Origin: Trichormus sp. ATA11-4-KO1
Lineage (GTDB): Bacteria > Cyanobacteriota > Cyanobacteriia > Cyanobacteriales > Nostocaceae
NCBI GenBank assembly: GCA_019358915.1
Contig: JAHHIM010000073.1
Span: forward strand, 160,001 to 224,000
Direction of reading: 5' to 3'
DNA: 64,000 bases
The notes beneath the pieces are model-generated. The model did not search any database. It was not told the DNA's origin and saw nothing but the letters and a program-made list of their open reading frames with translations. Made by a program: the position numbers and the translations under genes. This document shows, piece after piece, positions 22,270 through 32,384 of the stretch; positions within the stretch are counted from its first letter, which is position 1; every line of letters begins with the position of its first letter.

Positions 22270-22971
22270 ATGTTGCTACTGCAATTTAGTACATCTCATT
22301 ATTGTCGTAAAGCCCGCCTAGGGCTGGGCTATAAGCAAATTAATTACAAAATTGAAAATTTGACTCCTGGCTTACATGTGCTGCGAGTTAAACCGTTGAC
22401 TGGTTTGAAAACTCTACCAGTTCTGTTGCCACAAATTGAGGGACAACCAAATGCGATCGCTGATTCTACCCAAATTTTAAAATTCTTAGAAACCTACCAA
22501 CAAGAACCATCGCTATTTTTACCTGACTATCAACAGCAAACAGAAGCTTTGATGCTAGAAGATTGGTTAGATGAAAGCATTGGTACAGCAACCAGATTCG
22601 TATACTATCAGTATCGTACTGGAGAGGGCAAGCAAATTGACCCCTCACTATCCAGCCAAATGGTGATCTCAGTAGTGCGGCAACAATATGGAATTAACAA
22701 TGCTAGCGTAGAATTAGCTACCAGTAGACTGGCAATTGCCCTAGATGAGTTATCTATTCGCTGGCGCAAGCATGATTATTTGGTAGGTAACAAATTGAGT
22801 GTCGCAGATATTGCCGCAGCTGCCTTACTGAGTCCTTTAGCACTAATTCCTCAGTACCATCACGGATATCCCTGGTTATTTGAACATATTGTGCAAGTTC
22901 ATCAACTATGTCATGAACCTTTACCGCCAGGGTTGAGTGAGGGGGAAGTGGGAGTAGGGAGTAGGGAGTAG
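22270..22971 (+). CDS. Glutathione S-transferase family protein
   Basis: SHYCRKAR, TLPVL, DSTQI, YLVG..LSVAD. Confidence 0.88.
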   Translation: MLLLQFSTSHYCRKARLGLGYKQINYKIENLTPGLHVLRVKPLTGLKTLPVLLPQIEGQPNAIADSTQILKFLETYQQEPSLFLPDYQQQTEALMLEDWLDESIGTATRFVYYQYRTGEGKQIDPSLSSQMVISVVRQQYGINNASVELATSRLAIALDELSIRWRKHDYLVGNKLSVADIAAAALLSPLALIPQYHHGYPWLFEHIVQVHQLCHEPLPPGLSEGEVGVGSRE

Positions 22972-22975
22972 AGAA

Positions 22976-23299
22976 ATGACGGACACAAAGAAAAGGTTTT
23001 TTGGTTTTTTGAGTATTATTACTGCTTTGTTAGTGTGGTTAGGTAGCCACGGCGGGAGAACAGTAATGGCATTACCACCACCGGAAGATATACCAGAAGA
23101 AATATTGCGGACAGAAATTATTATAGACGCGCGATCGCCCATTGATGGCAGACCCCTGAATGCTGCCGAATACGCTCAATTGCAAGAGCAACTGCAAGTG
23201 AGTCCTCAACCCAAACTGAGTACTGACTTACGGCAAACTGTTTACCTGATACAGTTACGTAAAGCCCTGTTGCAATTTTTCCCATTTCTAGATTTTTAA
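22976..23299 (+). CDS. Conserved cyanobacterial hypothetical protein
   Basis: LPPPEDIPEEILRTEII..ARSPIDG motif; operonic with the GST gene. Confidence 0.75.
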   Translation: MTDTKKRFFGFLSIITALLVWLGSHGGRTVMALPPPEDIPEEILRTEIIIDARSPIDGRPLNAAEYAQLQEQLQVSPQPKLSTDLRQTVYLIQLRKALLQFFPFLDF

Positions 23300-23473
23300 A
23301 AAAGTAGTCTATTTGTCAAGTCATCCTCATCCTTCTCATCCCCAAAACTACTGATGACTCATTCTGATGTACGATAACGGTGGCGACAAAATTGCAAATA
23401 AATGTAAAGAATATATATAGATATTTAGCACAGTAGATTTTAGTCAATCACTTTATTAGATGTAGGTAGCTTC

Positions 23474-25768
23474 ATGTCCATGACCACGATTGCCCCTGAA
23501 CAGGTTAACCGTATAGTTTGGAATCAGCATCACGATCCCTTTGAAATACTAGGTTCTCATCCCATAGAACAAAATGGCAAAAAAGTCTGGGCTGTGCGAG
23601 CCTACCTACCAAATGCGAGCGCCGCATGGGTAGTCCTACCTGAGGAACGTCAGGAATATTCAATGGAGACTGTACATCATCCCCACTTTTTTGAATGCAC
23701 CATTGAAACAGCAGAATTAACCAACTATCAACTGCGGATTAAAGAAGGAGAACATGAGCGTGTTACTTATGATCCTTACGCCTTCCGTTCTCCGAATCTG
23801 ACAGAGTTTGACTTGCATTTGTTTTCTGAAGGCAATCATCACCGCATATACGAAAAACTGGGAGCGCACCCCACGGAAATAGACGGTATTAAAGGCGTTT
23901 ATTTTGCCGTTTGGGCACCCAACGCCCGTAATGTTTCGTTGCTGGGAGATTTCAACCTCTGGGACGGACGCAAACACCAAATGCGTAAAGGCCCCACTGG
24001 AGTATGGGAATTATTTATTCCGGAAATTGGGGTAGGAGAACATTACAAATATGAAATCAAAAATTTTGAAGGACATATTTACGAAAAATCCGATCCCTAC
24101 GGCTTCCAGCAAGAACCCCGCCCGAAAACAGCATCCATTGTCACCGATTTAAATGCTTACAATTGGGATGACGAAGACTGGATGGAAAAACGCCGTCATA
24201 CCGACCCCCTCACCCAGCCTGTATCCGTCTACGAAGTGCATTTAAGTTCTTGGTTACATGCTTCTAGTGCCGAACCAGCTAAACTACCCAACGGTGAAAC
24301 AGAACCTGTCGTTATCGTTTCGGAACTCAAACCAGGCGCACGCTTCCTCACCTACAGAGAATTAGCAGACCGACTGATTCCCTACGCCAAAGAATTAGGA
24401 TACACCCATCTGGAATTGCTGCCCATTGCCGAGCATCCCTTTGATGGGTCTTGGGGTTATCAAGTCACCGGATACTATGCTCCTACTTCTCGTTTTGGTA
24501 GCGCTGAAGATTTCATGTATTTTGTGGACAAATGTCACCAAAACGAAATCGGCGTGATTGTAGATTGGGTTCCTGGTCACTTCCCTAAAGATGGTCATGG
24601 TTTAGCTTTCTTTGATGGTAGTCACCTTTACGAACACGCTGACCCCCGCAAAGGCGAACATAAAGAATGGGGGACATTAGTATTCAACTATAGTCGCCAC
24701 GAAGTCAGGAATTTTTTGGTGGCAAATGCCCTCTTCTGGTTTGACAAATACCACATTGATGGCATTCGGGTTGATGCCGTGGCTTCCATGCTTTACTTGG
24801 ATTATTGCCGCAAACCAGGAGAATGGCTACCCAACCAGTACGGCGGACGAGAGAACTTAGAAGCAGCAGAATTTCTGCGTCAAGTGAATCACATTATTTT
24901 CAGCTATTTCCCTGGTATTCTCTCCATTGCTGAAGAATCTACTTCCTGGCCGATGGTATCTTGGCCTACCTATACAGGTGGACTGGGCTTTAACTTGAAA
25001 TGGAATATGGGTTGGATGCACGATATGCTGGATTACTTCAGCATGGACCCTTGGTTCCGCCAATTCCATCAAAACAATATTACTTTTAGTATGTGGTATA
25101 ACCACAGTGAAAACTTCATGCTGGCGCTGTCCCATGACGAAGTGGTGCATGGCAAAAGCAACATCATCGGCAAAATGCCAGGGGATAGATGGCAGAAGTT
25201 CGCTAATGTGCGTTGTTTATTTAGCTATATGTTCGCCCACCCAGGTAAGAAAACCATGTTTATGAGCATGGAGTTTGGGCAATGGAGTGAGTGGAATGTC
25301 TGGGCAGACTTAGATTGGCACTTATTGCAGTATGAAGACCATCAACAGTTAAAACAGTTTTTCCAAGATGTCAACCAACTGTACCGTTCTGAGCCAGCTT
25401 TATATACCCAGGATTTTGCTCAGGATGGGTTTGAGTGGATTGATTGTAGCGATAATCGCCATAGTGTTGTTTCCTTCATCCGCCACGATCAAGAATCTGA
25501 TGATTTCGTTGTCGTAGTTTGCAACTTTACACCCCAACCGCATTCTCACTACCGCATTGGTGTACCCGAAAAGGGATTTTATACTGAGTTGTTTAATAGT
25601 GATGCTCGTCCCTATGGCGGTAGCAATATGGGCAACTTAGGCGGTAAGTGGACAGATGATTGGTCATTGCACAGTCGTCCTTATTCCTTAGATTTATGTC
25701 TGCCACCTTTGGGTGTGTTGATGCTCAAGTTGGATAGAAACAAGACGGCTAAAGCATTGGCATCTTAA
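23474..25768 (+). CDS. glgB: 1,4-alpha-glucan branching enzyme
   Basis: [46 protein letters not shown]. Confidence 0.97.
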   Translation: MSMTTIAPEQVNRIVWNQHHDPFEILGSHPIEQNGKKVWAVRAYLPNASAAWVVLPEERQEYSMETVHHPHFFECTIETAELTNYQLRIKEGEHERVTYDPYAFRSPNLTEFDLHLFSEGNHHRIYEKLGAHPTEIDGIKGVYFAVWAPNARNVSLLGDFNLWDGRKHQMRKGPTGVWELFIPEIGVGEHYKYEIKNFEGHIYEKSDPYGFQQEPRPKTASIVTDLNAYNWDDEDWMEKRRHTDPLTQPVSVYEVHLSSWLHASSAEPAKLPNGETEPVVIVSELKPGARFLTYRELADRLIPYAKELGYTHLELLPIAEHPFDGSWGYQVTGYYAPTSRFGSAEDFMYFVDKCHQNEIGVIVDWVPGHFPKDGHGLAFFDGSHLYEHADPRKGEHKEWGTLVFNYSRHEVRNFLVANALFWFDKYHIDGIRVDAVASMLYLDYCRKPGEWLPNQYGGRENLEAAEFLRQVNHIIFSYFPGILSIAEESTSWPMVSWPTYTGGLGFNLKWNMGWMHDMLDYFSMDPWFRQFHQNNITFSMWYNHSENFMLALSHDEVVHGKSNIIGKMPGDRWQKFANVRCLFSYMFAHPGKKTMFMSMEFGQWSEWNVWADLDWHLLQYEDHQQLKQFFQDVNQLYRSEPALYTQDFAQDGFEWIDCSDNRHSVVSFIRHDQESDDFVVVVCNFTPQPHSHYRIGVPEKGFYTELFNSDARPYGGSNMGNLGGKWTDDWSLHSRPYSLDLCLPPLGVLMLKLDRNKTAKALAS

Positions 25769-25886
25769 TGTTTAAGGGTGGGACGATACCCACCCTTTTT
25801 ATGATGATTGCTGGCGACAAGTGATCATGACACCGAACTTGAATCAGCTTTGAGCCAAAGTGACAGGTGATGCCCTTCCTACCCAG

Positions 25887-25915
25887 GCGTTAGCGTAGCT
25901 TACCGTAGGTATCGC
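25887..25915. repeat. 21-nt small dispersed repeat inserted in a HIP1 site (SDR5-like)
   Basis: GCG + TTAGCGTAGCTTACCGTAGGT (21 nt, 25890-25910) + ATCGC. Confidence 0.75.
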
Positions 25916-25969
25916 CCAAAAACAGATAACATAACAATACGTCTATGCCTACTCAAAAGGTGAAAAGCT

Positions 25970-26773
25970 ATGTCAGAAACTACCTTAGCTGCACCCGATA
26001 TTCAACTCCCACCTACCCAAGCAGAGTTACCCTATGATGGGATACCGATGGAGAGCGCACGGCATCAAGCCCAGATGAACCTGCTAATTGATGCCTTAAT
26101 GCCTTGGTTGGCAGAACGAGAGGATGGGTTTGTCGGCGGTAATATGTTCGTTTACTACAGTCTGGCGCAATTACGGAACCAGGACTTGAAAGGGCCAGAT
26201 TTTTTTGTAGTGTTGGGAGTCCCTAAAGGTGAACGTCGTAGTTGGGTAGTTTGGGAAGAAGGTAAAGCACCGGATGTAGTGATTGAGTTGCTTTCTGACA
26301 GTACAGCGTCAGCAGACAAAAATGAAAAAAAACTAATTTATCAAAATCAGATGCGTGTACCTGAATATTTCTGGTATGACCCTTTTAACCCTGATGATTT
26401 AGCTGGATTCTCTATCCAAGAAAGAGTTTATCAACCCATTGCTCCTAATGCTCAAAATCAGTTAGTTAGCCAATCTTTAGGGTTAGGATTACAGCTGTGG
26501 CAGGGAAATTATCAAGGGATTAATGCTACTTGGTTACGTTGGGCAGATTTAACCGGAAAATTGCTCCCAGTTACGGAAGGCAGCACGTATCAAGAACAAC
26601 AACGGGTAGAGCAAGAACGCCAACGCGCAGAACAAGAAAGACAACGCGCAGACCGAGCCGAATTTCAGTTACACCAGACAGCACGCAACTTACTTTATGC
26701 GGGAATGTCAGTAGAACAGGTGGCTAATATTACAGGTTTATCAGAATTGGAGATAGAAGCCTTGAGTATGTAG
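25970..26773 (+). CDS. Uma2 family (DUF820) endonuclease-like protein
   Basis: GPDFFVV, WEEGKAPDVVIELLS, VPEYFWYDP; QERQRAE coiled-coil tail. Confidence 0.9.
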   Translation: MSETTLAAPDIQLPPTQAELPYDGIPMESARHQAQMNLLIDALMPWLAEREDGFVGGNMFVYYSLAQLRNQDLKGPDFFVVLGVPKGERRSWVVWEEGKAPDVVIELLSDSTASADKNEKKLIYQNQMRVPEYFWYDPFNPDDLAGFSIQERVYQPIAPNAQNQLVSQSLGLGLQLWQGNYQGINATWLRWADLTGKLLPVTEGSTYQEQQRVEQERQRAEQERQRADRAEFQLHQTARNLLYAGMSVEQVANITGLSELEIEALSM

Positions 26774-26798
26774 CCATAAGTAGGACGACGTAAATAAT

Positions 26799-26916
26799 TA
26801 AAGGTTTGTAATGTAAAGCCCTGACGGGCATAGCTGTGCTTACCGCGTAGCGTCTCGCAGGGCTTGCCAAAAAAGGGCTAGAGTCGCTTACTACAAGCTT
26901 ATTTCAGTTTTTTTTA
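26799..26916. repeat. Dispersed REP/MITE-like repeat, copy 1
   Basis: Closely similar to 37165-37272 (AAGGTTTGTA.TGTAAAGCCCTGACGGGCATAGCT ... AAAAAGGGCTAGAG..CTTACTAC.A.CTTATTTCA). Confidence 0.8.
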
Positions 26917-26928
26917 CATTGCTTAATG

Positions 26929-27085
26929 TAACGTGAGTTCGACAAATATCAAAAACCCCTCTCCAAACCTCTCCCCTGCCAGGAGAGAGGCTTTGAAACC
27001 TTGATTTTTAGTTCAAAACCAGGGATGTTTTTGCCCCTTTCCGTGTCGGAGAGGGTTTGGGGTGAGGTTCATCGAATTCACGTTA
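26929..27085. mobile_element. MITE-like element with terminal inverted repeats bounded by TA
   Basis: TAACGTGAGTTCGA ... TCGAATTCACGTTA (1 mismatch); internal CCCTCTCC/GGAGAGGG hairpins; no ORF. Confidence 0.7.
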
Positions 27086-27103
27086 ATATAGTTTGATTTA
27101 TTC

Positions 27104-28000
27104 CTAGCAACTGCTATACAAATAACGCTGTAATAAGCCAATGAAAACTTCAGGTATTTCTAGATGTGGTAATACTCCGGCATCGGCGATCGCCTGAAAA
27201 TTTTGTATTACACTGGGATTTAAATTGGCTAAACGTCGCCCTAATTTGATGCTGGTAAATTGTGCTTTCTCTCCCCAAAAAAGCACAGTGGGAATTTTTA
27301 ACTGCTGCATGTACAAACTCAAATCAAAATATAGGTCTCCCCGCAAAAATGCCAAGGCGGAAAACTTAGCGTTAGGCTGTTGTGCAGAAGTTAAATAAGC
27401 TGTAACCATCTCTTGAGAGACTCTTTCTGGTTTGGCAAAGAGAAAATTTTGCAGAAAATTTCTCACAGCAAATTCATTTTCTGCACCCAAAGCATAAATT
27501 AAATTGTCCAATAAAGGTGTATTAATCACTGACAGTGGTAACCTACGTCCTGCACCTTGACCAAAGTCATCAAACCCAGAGGGACAGACCAAATATAGTT
27601 TTTGGAATAAATCAGGTTGGCTAATAGCTAGGCGGATAGTCAAAGCAGCAGTTAAAGAAGAAGCCACCACCTCCACAGGTTGTTGACAAGTTTGGGTGAT
27701 CAATTGGGCGATCGCGCTAAAATAATCTCTAATTTGATAATCCCGCACTGGATGAGCAGATTCTCCCCAGCCAATTAAATCTGGGGCTAATATCTGGTAC
27801 GTAGCCGCAAAAGCTGGGTAAACTTTAGACCATTCGTACGCAGATGCCCCACCACCAAAATTGTGCAGAAACAATAAAGGCGGTAAATCTTCAGCATCAG
27901 CATTTAACCAAGGTGCAGTTGTTTGGGTATAGTAGACCATTGCCCCTAAAGATGTATGAATGACCTTATGCCCAAAGCCAGGGGGTTGAAACTGAAGCAT
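27104..28000 (-). CDS. Alpha/beta fold hydrolase
   Basis: LLFLHNFGGG, APDLIGWGES, C-terminal LPHLE; nucleophile elbow is atypical (VASSLT). Confidence 0.85.
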   Translation of the reverse strand: MLQFQPPGFGHKVIHTSLGAMVYYTQTTAPWLNADAEDLPPLLFLHNFGGGASAYEWSKVYPAFAATYQILAPDLIGWGESAHPVRDYQIRDYFSAIAQLITQTCQQPVEVVASSLTAALTIRLAISQPDLFQKLYLVCPSGFDDFGQGAGRRLPLSVINTPLLDNLIYALGAENEFAVRNFLQNFLFAKPERVSQEMVTAYLTSAQQPNAKFSALAFLRGDLYFDLSLYMQQLKIPTVLFWGEKAQFTSIKLGRRLANLNPSVIQNFQAIADAGVLPHLEIPEVFIGLLQRYLYSSC

Positions 28001-28057
28001 AAAATTATACAGTTATAAAGTTTGTAGTCAGGACTTTAGTCCTCTCATGCATCCGCC

Positions 28058-28552
28058 TTACTTACTAGTAATGTGAACCAGTTGGTCGAGTTGGTCCCCA
28101 CGAATTTCATAAGCTGTGCCGAAACCAACCACAAAACGACCAGCATTAGGAGTTAACCGGAAAATCCGAAAATCAGGTAAACCACGCAAAACCTCAATCA
28201 ATTCACCAAAATGCCCTTGAAATTGCCCAATAATAGAATTCCAGGTGTCACTATCACGCTCTATTAAAGTGGCTGTACAATCAAAACTCAACCGTCGCCG
28301 GGCAAAAATTTGCTGAGTTTTAGATTCATCCTCGATAAATAAGACACTTACATGAGGATTGGCATGAATATTTTGTGTGTGAGTTGCCAGACCACTGACA
28401 TAAATGTAAATGTTTTTGGCTGCATCCATCACAAAAGGAGTATAACTAGCATTGGGTATTCCTTGCTGATTGACTGTGCTAATCATTACACTCTGAAATT
28501 CTTGAGGAAAATTTGTGTACTCAGCTTGAGCTTTTTCTAGTTGGTTCATCAT
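28058..28552 (-). CDS. Pyridoxamine 5'-phosphate oxidase-like (HugZ/HutZ family) protein
   Basis: PNASYTPF, SGLATHTQN, FARRRL, GRFVVGFG; start at MMNQLEK rather than the longer ORF. Confidence 0.85.
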   Translation of the reverse strand: MMNQLEKAQAEYTNFPQEFQSVMISTVNQQGIPNASYTPFVMDAAKNIYIYVSGLATHTQNIHANPHVSVLFIEDESKTQQIFARRRLSFDCTATLIERDSDTWNSIIGQFQGHFGELIEVLRGLPDFRIFRLTPNAGRFVVGFGTAYEIRGDQLDQLVHITSK

Positions 28553-28747
28553 AAATATTTGTTGTATTAGTAACAATTCAGTAAGTATCCTAACGTTTTT
28601 ACCCAAGAGGATGAAATAGCAAATATTTGGCTTAATTTTAGCGATTGTCAGAGCAAATTCCAGTAGTACTAAGTTTCCTGCCAAAAACCAATCCCCACTC
28701 CCCGTTATCATGTATGTAACAAGATAAAAATATATGAGGACGCGATT

Positions 28748-30235
28748 GTGACTGACAAAAATCGTTCTCAATGGGACTTAGGCAGGTTTATCGAAACCCT
28801 AACTTATTTTGAGGTGATTCCTTTCCTTAACTGGGTACAACAGTTAATTCTAGGTCGTCCTCAGGATAATCAAGCGAAACCCAATGGAGGCAAAAACGTG
28901 GGTGTAATATTGGTTGCGGGTGCAACAGGTGGTGTGGGTAAACGCGTGGTGCGGCGACTGAGAGAACAAGGTGATAAAGTTAGGGCAATTGTGCGAGATA
29001 TTGACAAAGCAAGGTTAATTCTTGGTAATGATATTGACTTAGTAGTTGCGGATATTACCAAACCAGAGACTTTGAATTCTATAGTAATGTCTAATATTCA
29101 AGCTGTGATTTGTTGTACAGCAGTACGTGTACAACCAGTAGAAGGAGACACAGCAGATAGAGCTAAATATTATCAAGGTGTGAAATTTTACCAACCGGAA
29201 ATTGTGGGTGACACTCCAGAAAATGTGGAATATCAAGGTGTGAAAAACTTGGTACAAGCGGCGGTAAAATATTTACCCCCAGCTAATGAAAAATTGATAT
29301 TTGATTTTACTAATCCCTCAGCAGAATTAAAATTTGTTTGGGGTGCGGTGGATGATGTTGTCATGGGTGGTGTGAGTGCCAGCAATATGCAATTAATAGA
29401 AAATACAGCCGTATTTGCTGGTAATGTTTCCACTGCTAATTCTGGTGGATTTGCTTCGGTGAGAACTAAAAATTTTGACCCTCCTTTCAACTTATCGGGT
29501 TATGCAGGAGTAGAATTGCGTGTCAAAGGTGACGGACAGCGTTACAAATTATTTTTACGGACAGATACTAAATGGGATGGCGTTGGTTACAGTTATTCTT
29601 TTGATACTGTAGCTGACACCTGGATGAATATTCGCATTCCGTTTAGTGAATTGATTCCGGTATTTCGTGCCAAAGTTGTCACAGATTGTCCGCCAATAGA
29701 TGTTAGCAGAATTTCATCTTTTCAACTGATGTTGAGTAAATTTGAATATGATGGTGCGCTAAATCCTAAATTCACACCTGGTGGTTTTGCTTTACAAGTC
29801 GAATCAATTAAAGCGTATGGTGGGGAAAGCTTCCCACAATTTGTGCTTGTGAGTTCAGCCGGGGTAACTCGTCCTGGAAGACCGGGAATTAATTTAGATG
29901 AAGAGCCGCCAGCAGTGCGATTAAATGACCAATTAGGAGGACTTTTAACGTGGAAGTTGCAAGGAGAAGATAGTGTAAGAGAAAGTGGTATTCCTTATAC
30001 AATCATTAGACCTTGTGCATTAACAGAAGAACCAGGTGGTAAAGAATTAATCTTTGAGCAAGGTGATAATATTCGAGGGAAAATCAGCCGCGAAGATGTA
30101 GCAGAAATTTGTGTGCGATCGCTCCAACAACCAAAAGCGTGTAACATCACTTTTGAAGTAAAATCAGGAGACAATAGCGTTAACTTCATCAATTGGTATC
30201 AGTTATTTTCTCAGTTACAACCTGAAAGAAGATAA
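28748..30235 (+). CDS. NAD(P)-binding protein with CIA30 domain
   Basis: VAGATGGVG Rossmann motif; WGAVDDVVMGGVS, NSGGFASVR (CIA30). Confidence 0.9.
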   Translation: MTDKNRSQWDLGRFIETLTYFEVIPFLNWVQQLILGRPQDNQAKPNGGKNVGVILVAGATGGVGKRVVRRLREQGDKVRAIVRDIDKARLILGNDIDLVVADITKPETLNSIVMSNIQAVICCTAVRVQPVEGDTADRAKYYQGVKFYQPEIVGDTPENVEYQGVKNLVQAAVKYLPPANEKLIFDFTNPSAELKFVWGAVDDVVMGGVSASNMQLIENTAVFAGNVSTANSGGFASVRTKNFDPPFNLSGYAGVELRVKGDGQRYKLFLRTDTKWDGVGYSYSFDTVADTWMNIRIPFSELIPVFRAKVVTDCPPIDVSRISSFQLMLSKFEYDGALNPKFTPGGFALQVESIKAYGGESFPQFVLVSSAGVTRPGRPGINLDEEPPAVRLNDQLGGLLTWKLQGEDSVRESGIPYTIIRPCALTEEPGGKELIFEQGDNIRGKISREDVAEICVRSLQQPKACNITFEVKSGDNSVNFINWYQLFSQLQPERR

Positions 30236-30304
30236 GGAGACAGATGCAATGGCGAAAAATGGAATTTTTCACCATTTACTCGCCTCCTCATAGGAGTTAA
30301 TTCA

Positions 30305-30646
30305 ATGTTTGGTAGATTAATTTTTGCTGGGGTTGTAGTCATGATTGTTTGGCTAGGCTTGTTGTCGAACCCAGCTTCATCACAACAAATAGAATCCCGT
30401 TTTAACAATCTGCAAGCAGACTTTAATCGTGTAGAGTCACGCTTGAGTCGAATCGAGTCTCAACTCAATCAAATCGGTCAGTCTCCAACACCCAGAACAA
30501 CACTTACCCCACGACAATCAAATGGTGCTAGGCGTAATTTATCGCAGCAAGAGCGCATGTTTGATAGATTAGCTACGTTAGTGGTGGAATTAAAGCAACA
30601 AGTCAATGAATTAGAGGAGAGAATTGCTCAACTGGAATCTAACTGA
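30305..30646 (+). CDS. Secreted coiled-coil hypothetical protein
   Basis: Signal-like N-terminus, two coiled coils, MFDRLATLVVELK. Confidence 0.7.
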   Translation: MFGRLIFAGVVVMIVWLGLLSNPASSQQIESRFNNLQADFNRVESRLSRIESQLNQIGQSPTPRTTLTPRQSNGARRNLSQQERMFDRLATLVVELKQQVNELEERIAQLESN

Positions 30647-30710
30647 AGGAAGTGGGGAGTGTTTAATTCGATATTAATTTTTATAATTATAAATTTACTA
30701 ACAGTAAAAT

Positions 30711-31091
30711 ATGCATAACCTAGCTACTTACGAAGGCGGTTGTCATTGCGGTGCGGTACGCTTTCGGGTAATGGTTGATAACCATAAAGTGGATGATTGC
30801 AATTGTTCAATTTGTCGAAAAAAGGGTTTCTTACATTTAATTGTGCCGCAAGAGCAGTTCACGTTGCTGCAAGGCGAAGACAAGCTAGAAACCTACAGAT
30901 TTAATACAGGAGTCGCACAACACAAATTTTGCCGCATTTGTGGAATGCATCCTTTTTATATTCCCCGCAGTCACCCTGACCGTATTGATGTGAATGTGCG
31001 TTGTTTAGATGGGGATGTGATAGGAAATTTTGAGATTATACCTTTTGATGGGGCAAATTGGGAATCTAATATTCACAAGTTGATTAATTAA
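30711..31091 (+). CDS. GFA/CENP-V family zinc protein
   Basis: GGCHCGAVRF, CNCSIC, FCRICG. Confidence 0.9.
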   Translation: MHNLATYEGGCHCGAVRFRVMVDNHKVDDCNCSICRKKGFLHLIVPQEQFTLLQGEDKLETYRFNTGVAQHKFCRICGMHPFYIPRSHPDRIDVNVRCLDGDVIGNFEIIPFDGANWESNIHKLIN

Positions 31092-31443
31092 TTAACTTGT
31101 TAATCACAGGCTACCTGACTTGAAAGTGCTAAGTCAAATGTAGACGCGCCCAGCGCGGCTGACCGTAAGGATAACCCAATCTACTGGCGTGGCAAGGCTA
31201 AAATGTTGCATAAACAAATGATTGTGGGGTGGGTGTCCTCGCCCGCCCAGAACAGGCATTGATTAAGATTAGCGGTGACAAGTCTATTTCTCTATAGCCA
31301 TATGGCTGGAAAATTCTCGGCGGAAATATAACTCGTCACCGCCTATCCTTGTATGTACGCCACCCTATAGGTACGGCGTGCTACCTTGCGTCAATTGCGC
31401 TGATGAACTGAAAAAAGCATCTATTGTAATAACAGGGCTTTTT

Positions 31444-31863
31444 CTAGCCTTCAACAATTAGTTTACCAACCATGCCAGCACCACGGTGGGGTTCACAGTA
31501 GAAGGTATATTCACCAGCAGGTGCATCTGCGGGAATGGTGGTTGCGGTAGTTTGACCAGGACTCATAAGCAATTGCTTGTGAGAAAGTTCTTTAGCTAAA
31601 TCAGCGCTCTTAGCAGGATTTAAAGCCGCATCAAACACAACGTTATGGGGAGGAACTTTGTTGTTCACCCATTCTATGGTGTCGCCTGGTTTAACTGTCA
31701 ACTTTTTGGGTTCAAATGCCAGCATTCCTTTGTCGCTACCCAGTTTTACCTGGAAGGTTTCAGCTGAAGCACTGGGAGTGAAAACAGCAAAGCTGCAAAC
31801 AACTAAAAGGACTGTCAACACAGCTAAACTCAAGCGCCGCCAGCTTGCAGAAATCAATTTCAT
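31444..31863 (-). CDS. petE: Plastocyanin
   Basis: Signal peptide; PHNVVF and YCEPHRGAGM copper ligands. Confidence 0.97.
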   Translation of the reverse strand: MKLISASWRRLSLAVLTVLLVVCSFAVFTPSASAETFQVKLGSDKGMLAFEPKKLTVKPGDTIEWVNNKVPPHNVVFDAALNPAKSADLAKELSHKQLLMSPGQTTATTIPADAPAGEYTFYCEPHRGAGMVGKLIVEG

Positions 31864-31926
31864 GGCTTTCTCCTAACTATAGTTTTTATTTTCCCTTCCC
31901 CATTTTAAATAAAATCAACCCTAAAG

Positions 31927-31943
31927 TATGACAATCTGTCGTA
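31927..31943. promoter_or_regulatory. GAC-N5-GTC palindrome upstream of petE, candidate copper-regulator (PetR-type) site
   Basis: TATGAC-AATCT-GTCGTA about 65 bp upstream of the petE start; assignment to PetR is inference. Confidence 0.5.
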
Positions 31944-32130
31944 GATACAATTTTTTTTACGATTGAGGACTAAATCTATAGCAATATTTGTGCAATCAGC
32001 AATCATTACTAGAGTGCATGACACCCAAAAGTTTACGGGTAAATTAATGGATTTTAATTTTTTCTTGAGAAATATTTTTTAACTAGACAAAAATTGTTAG
32101 GACTGTCAGTTTAGGGATGGGGGGATAGGG

Positions 32131-32303
32131 CAGGGCTGTTTCATTCGCTTGTGTTGGAGATTTGTCAAGAGGATAATCTCACGCAAAGGCGCAAAGACGC
32201 AAAGAAAAATCAGGTATTTCGGACTGAAGATGCCAAAATTTTCGGTCTTAATTGTGGATTTGCCCTTGCAATTTTAACCCTTTTAGGGAACGAATCAGCC
32301 CTG
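32131..32303 (+). mobile_element. 173-bp MITE, copy 1, with 10-bp target site duplication GGGGATAGGG
   Basis: TIR CAGGGCTGTTTCATTC / GAACGAATCAGCCCTG; direct repeats at 32121-32130 and 32304-32313; inverted second copy at 40177-40349. Confidence 0.92.
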
Positions 32304-32384
32304 GGGGATAGGGGGATGGAGATGAGGAAGCATTTTCGTTCTTGTCCCCTTGTCCCCTTATCCCCCTATCACTCAATTAGGAGT

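Noticed and set aside
28553..28771. N-terminal extension of the HugZ-like ORF
   Set aside because: It overlaps the divergent gene's start and promoter region; family similarity begins at MMNQLEK.
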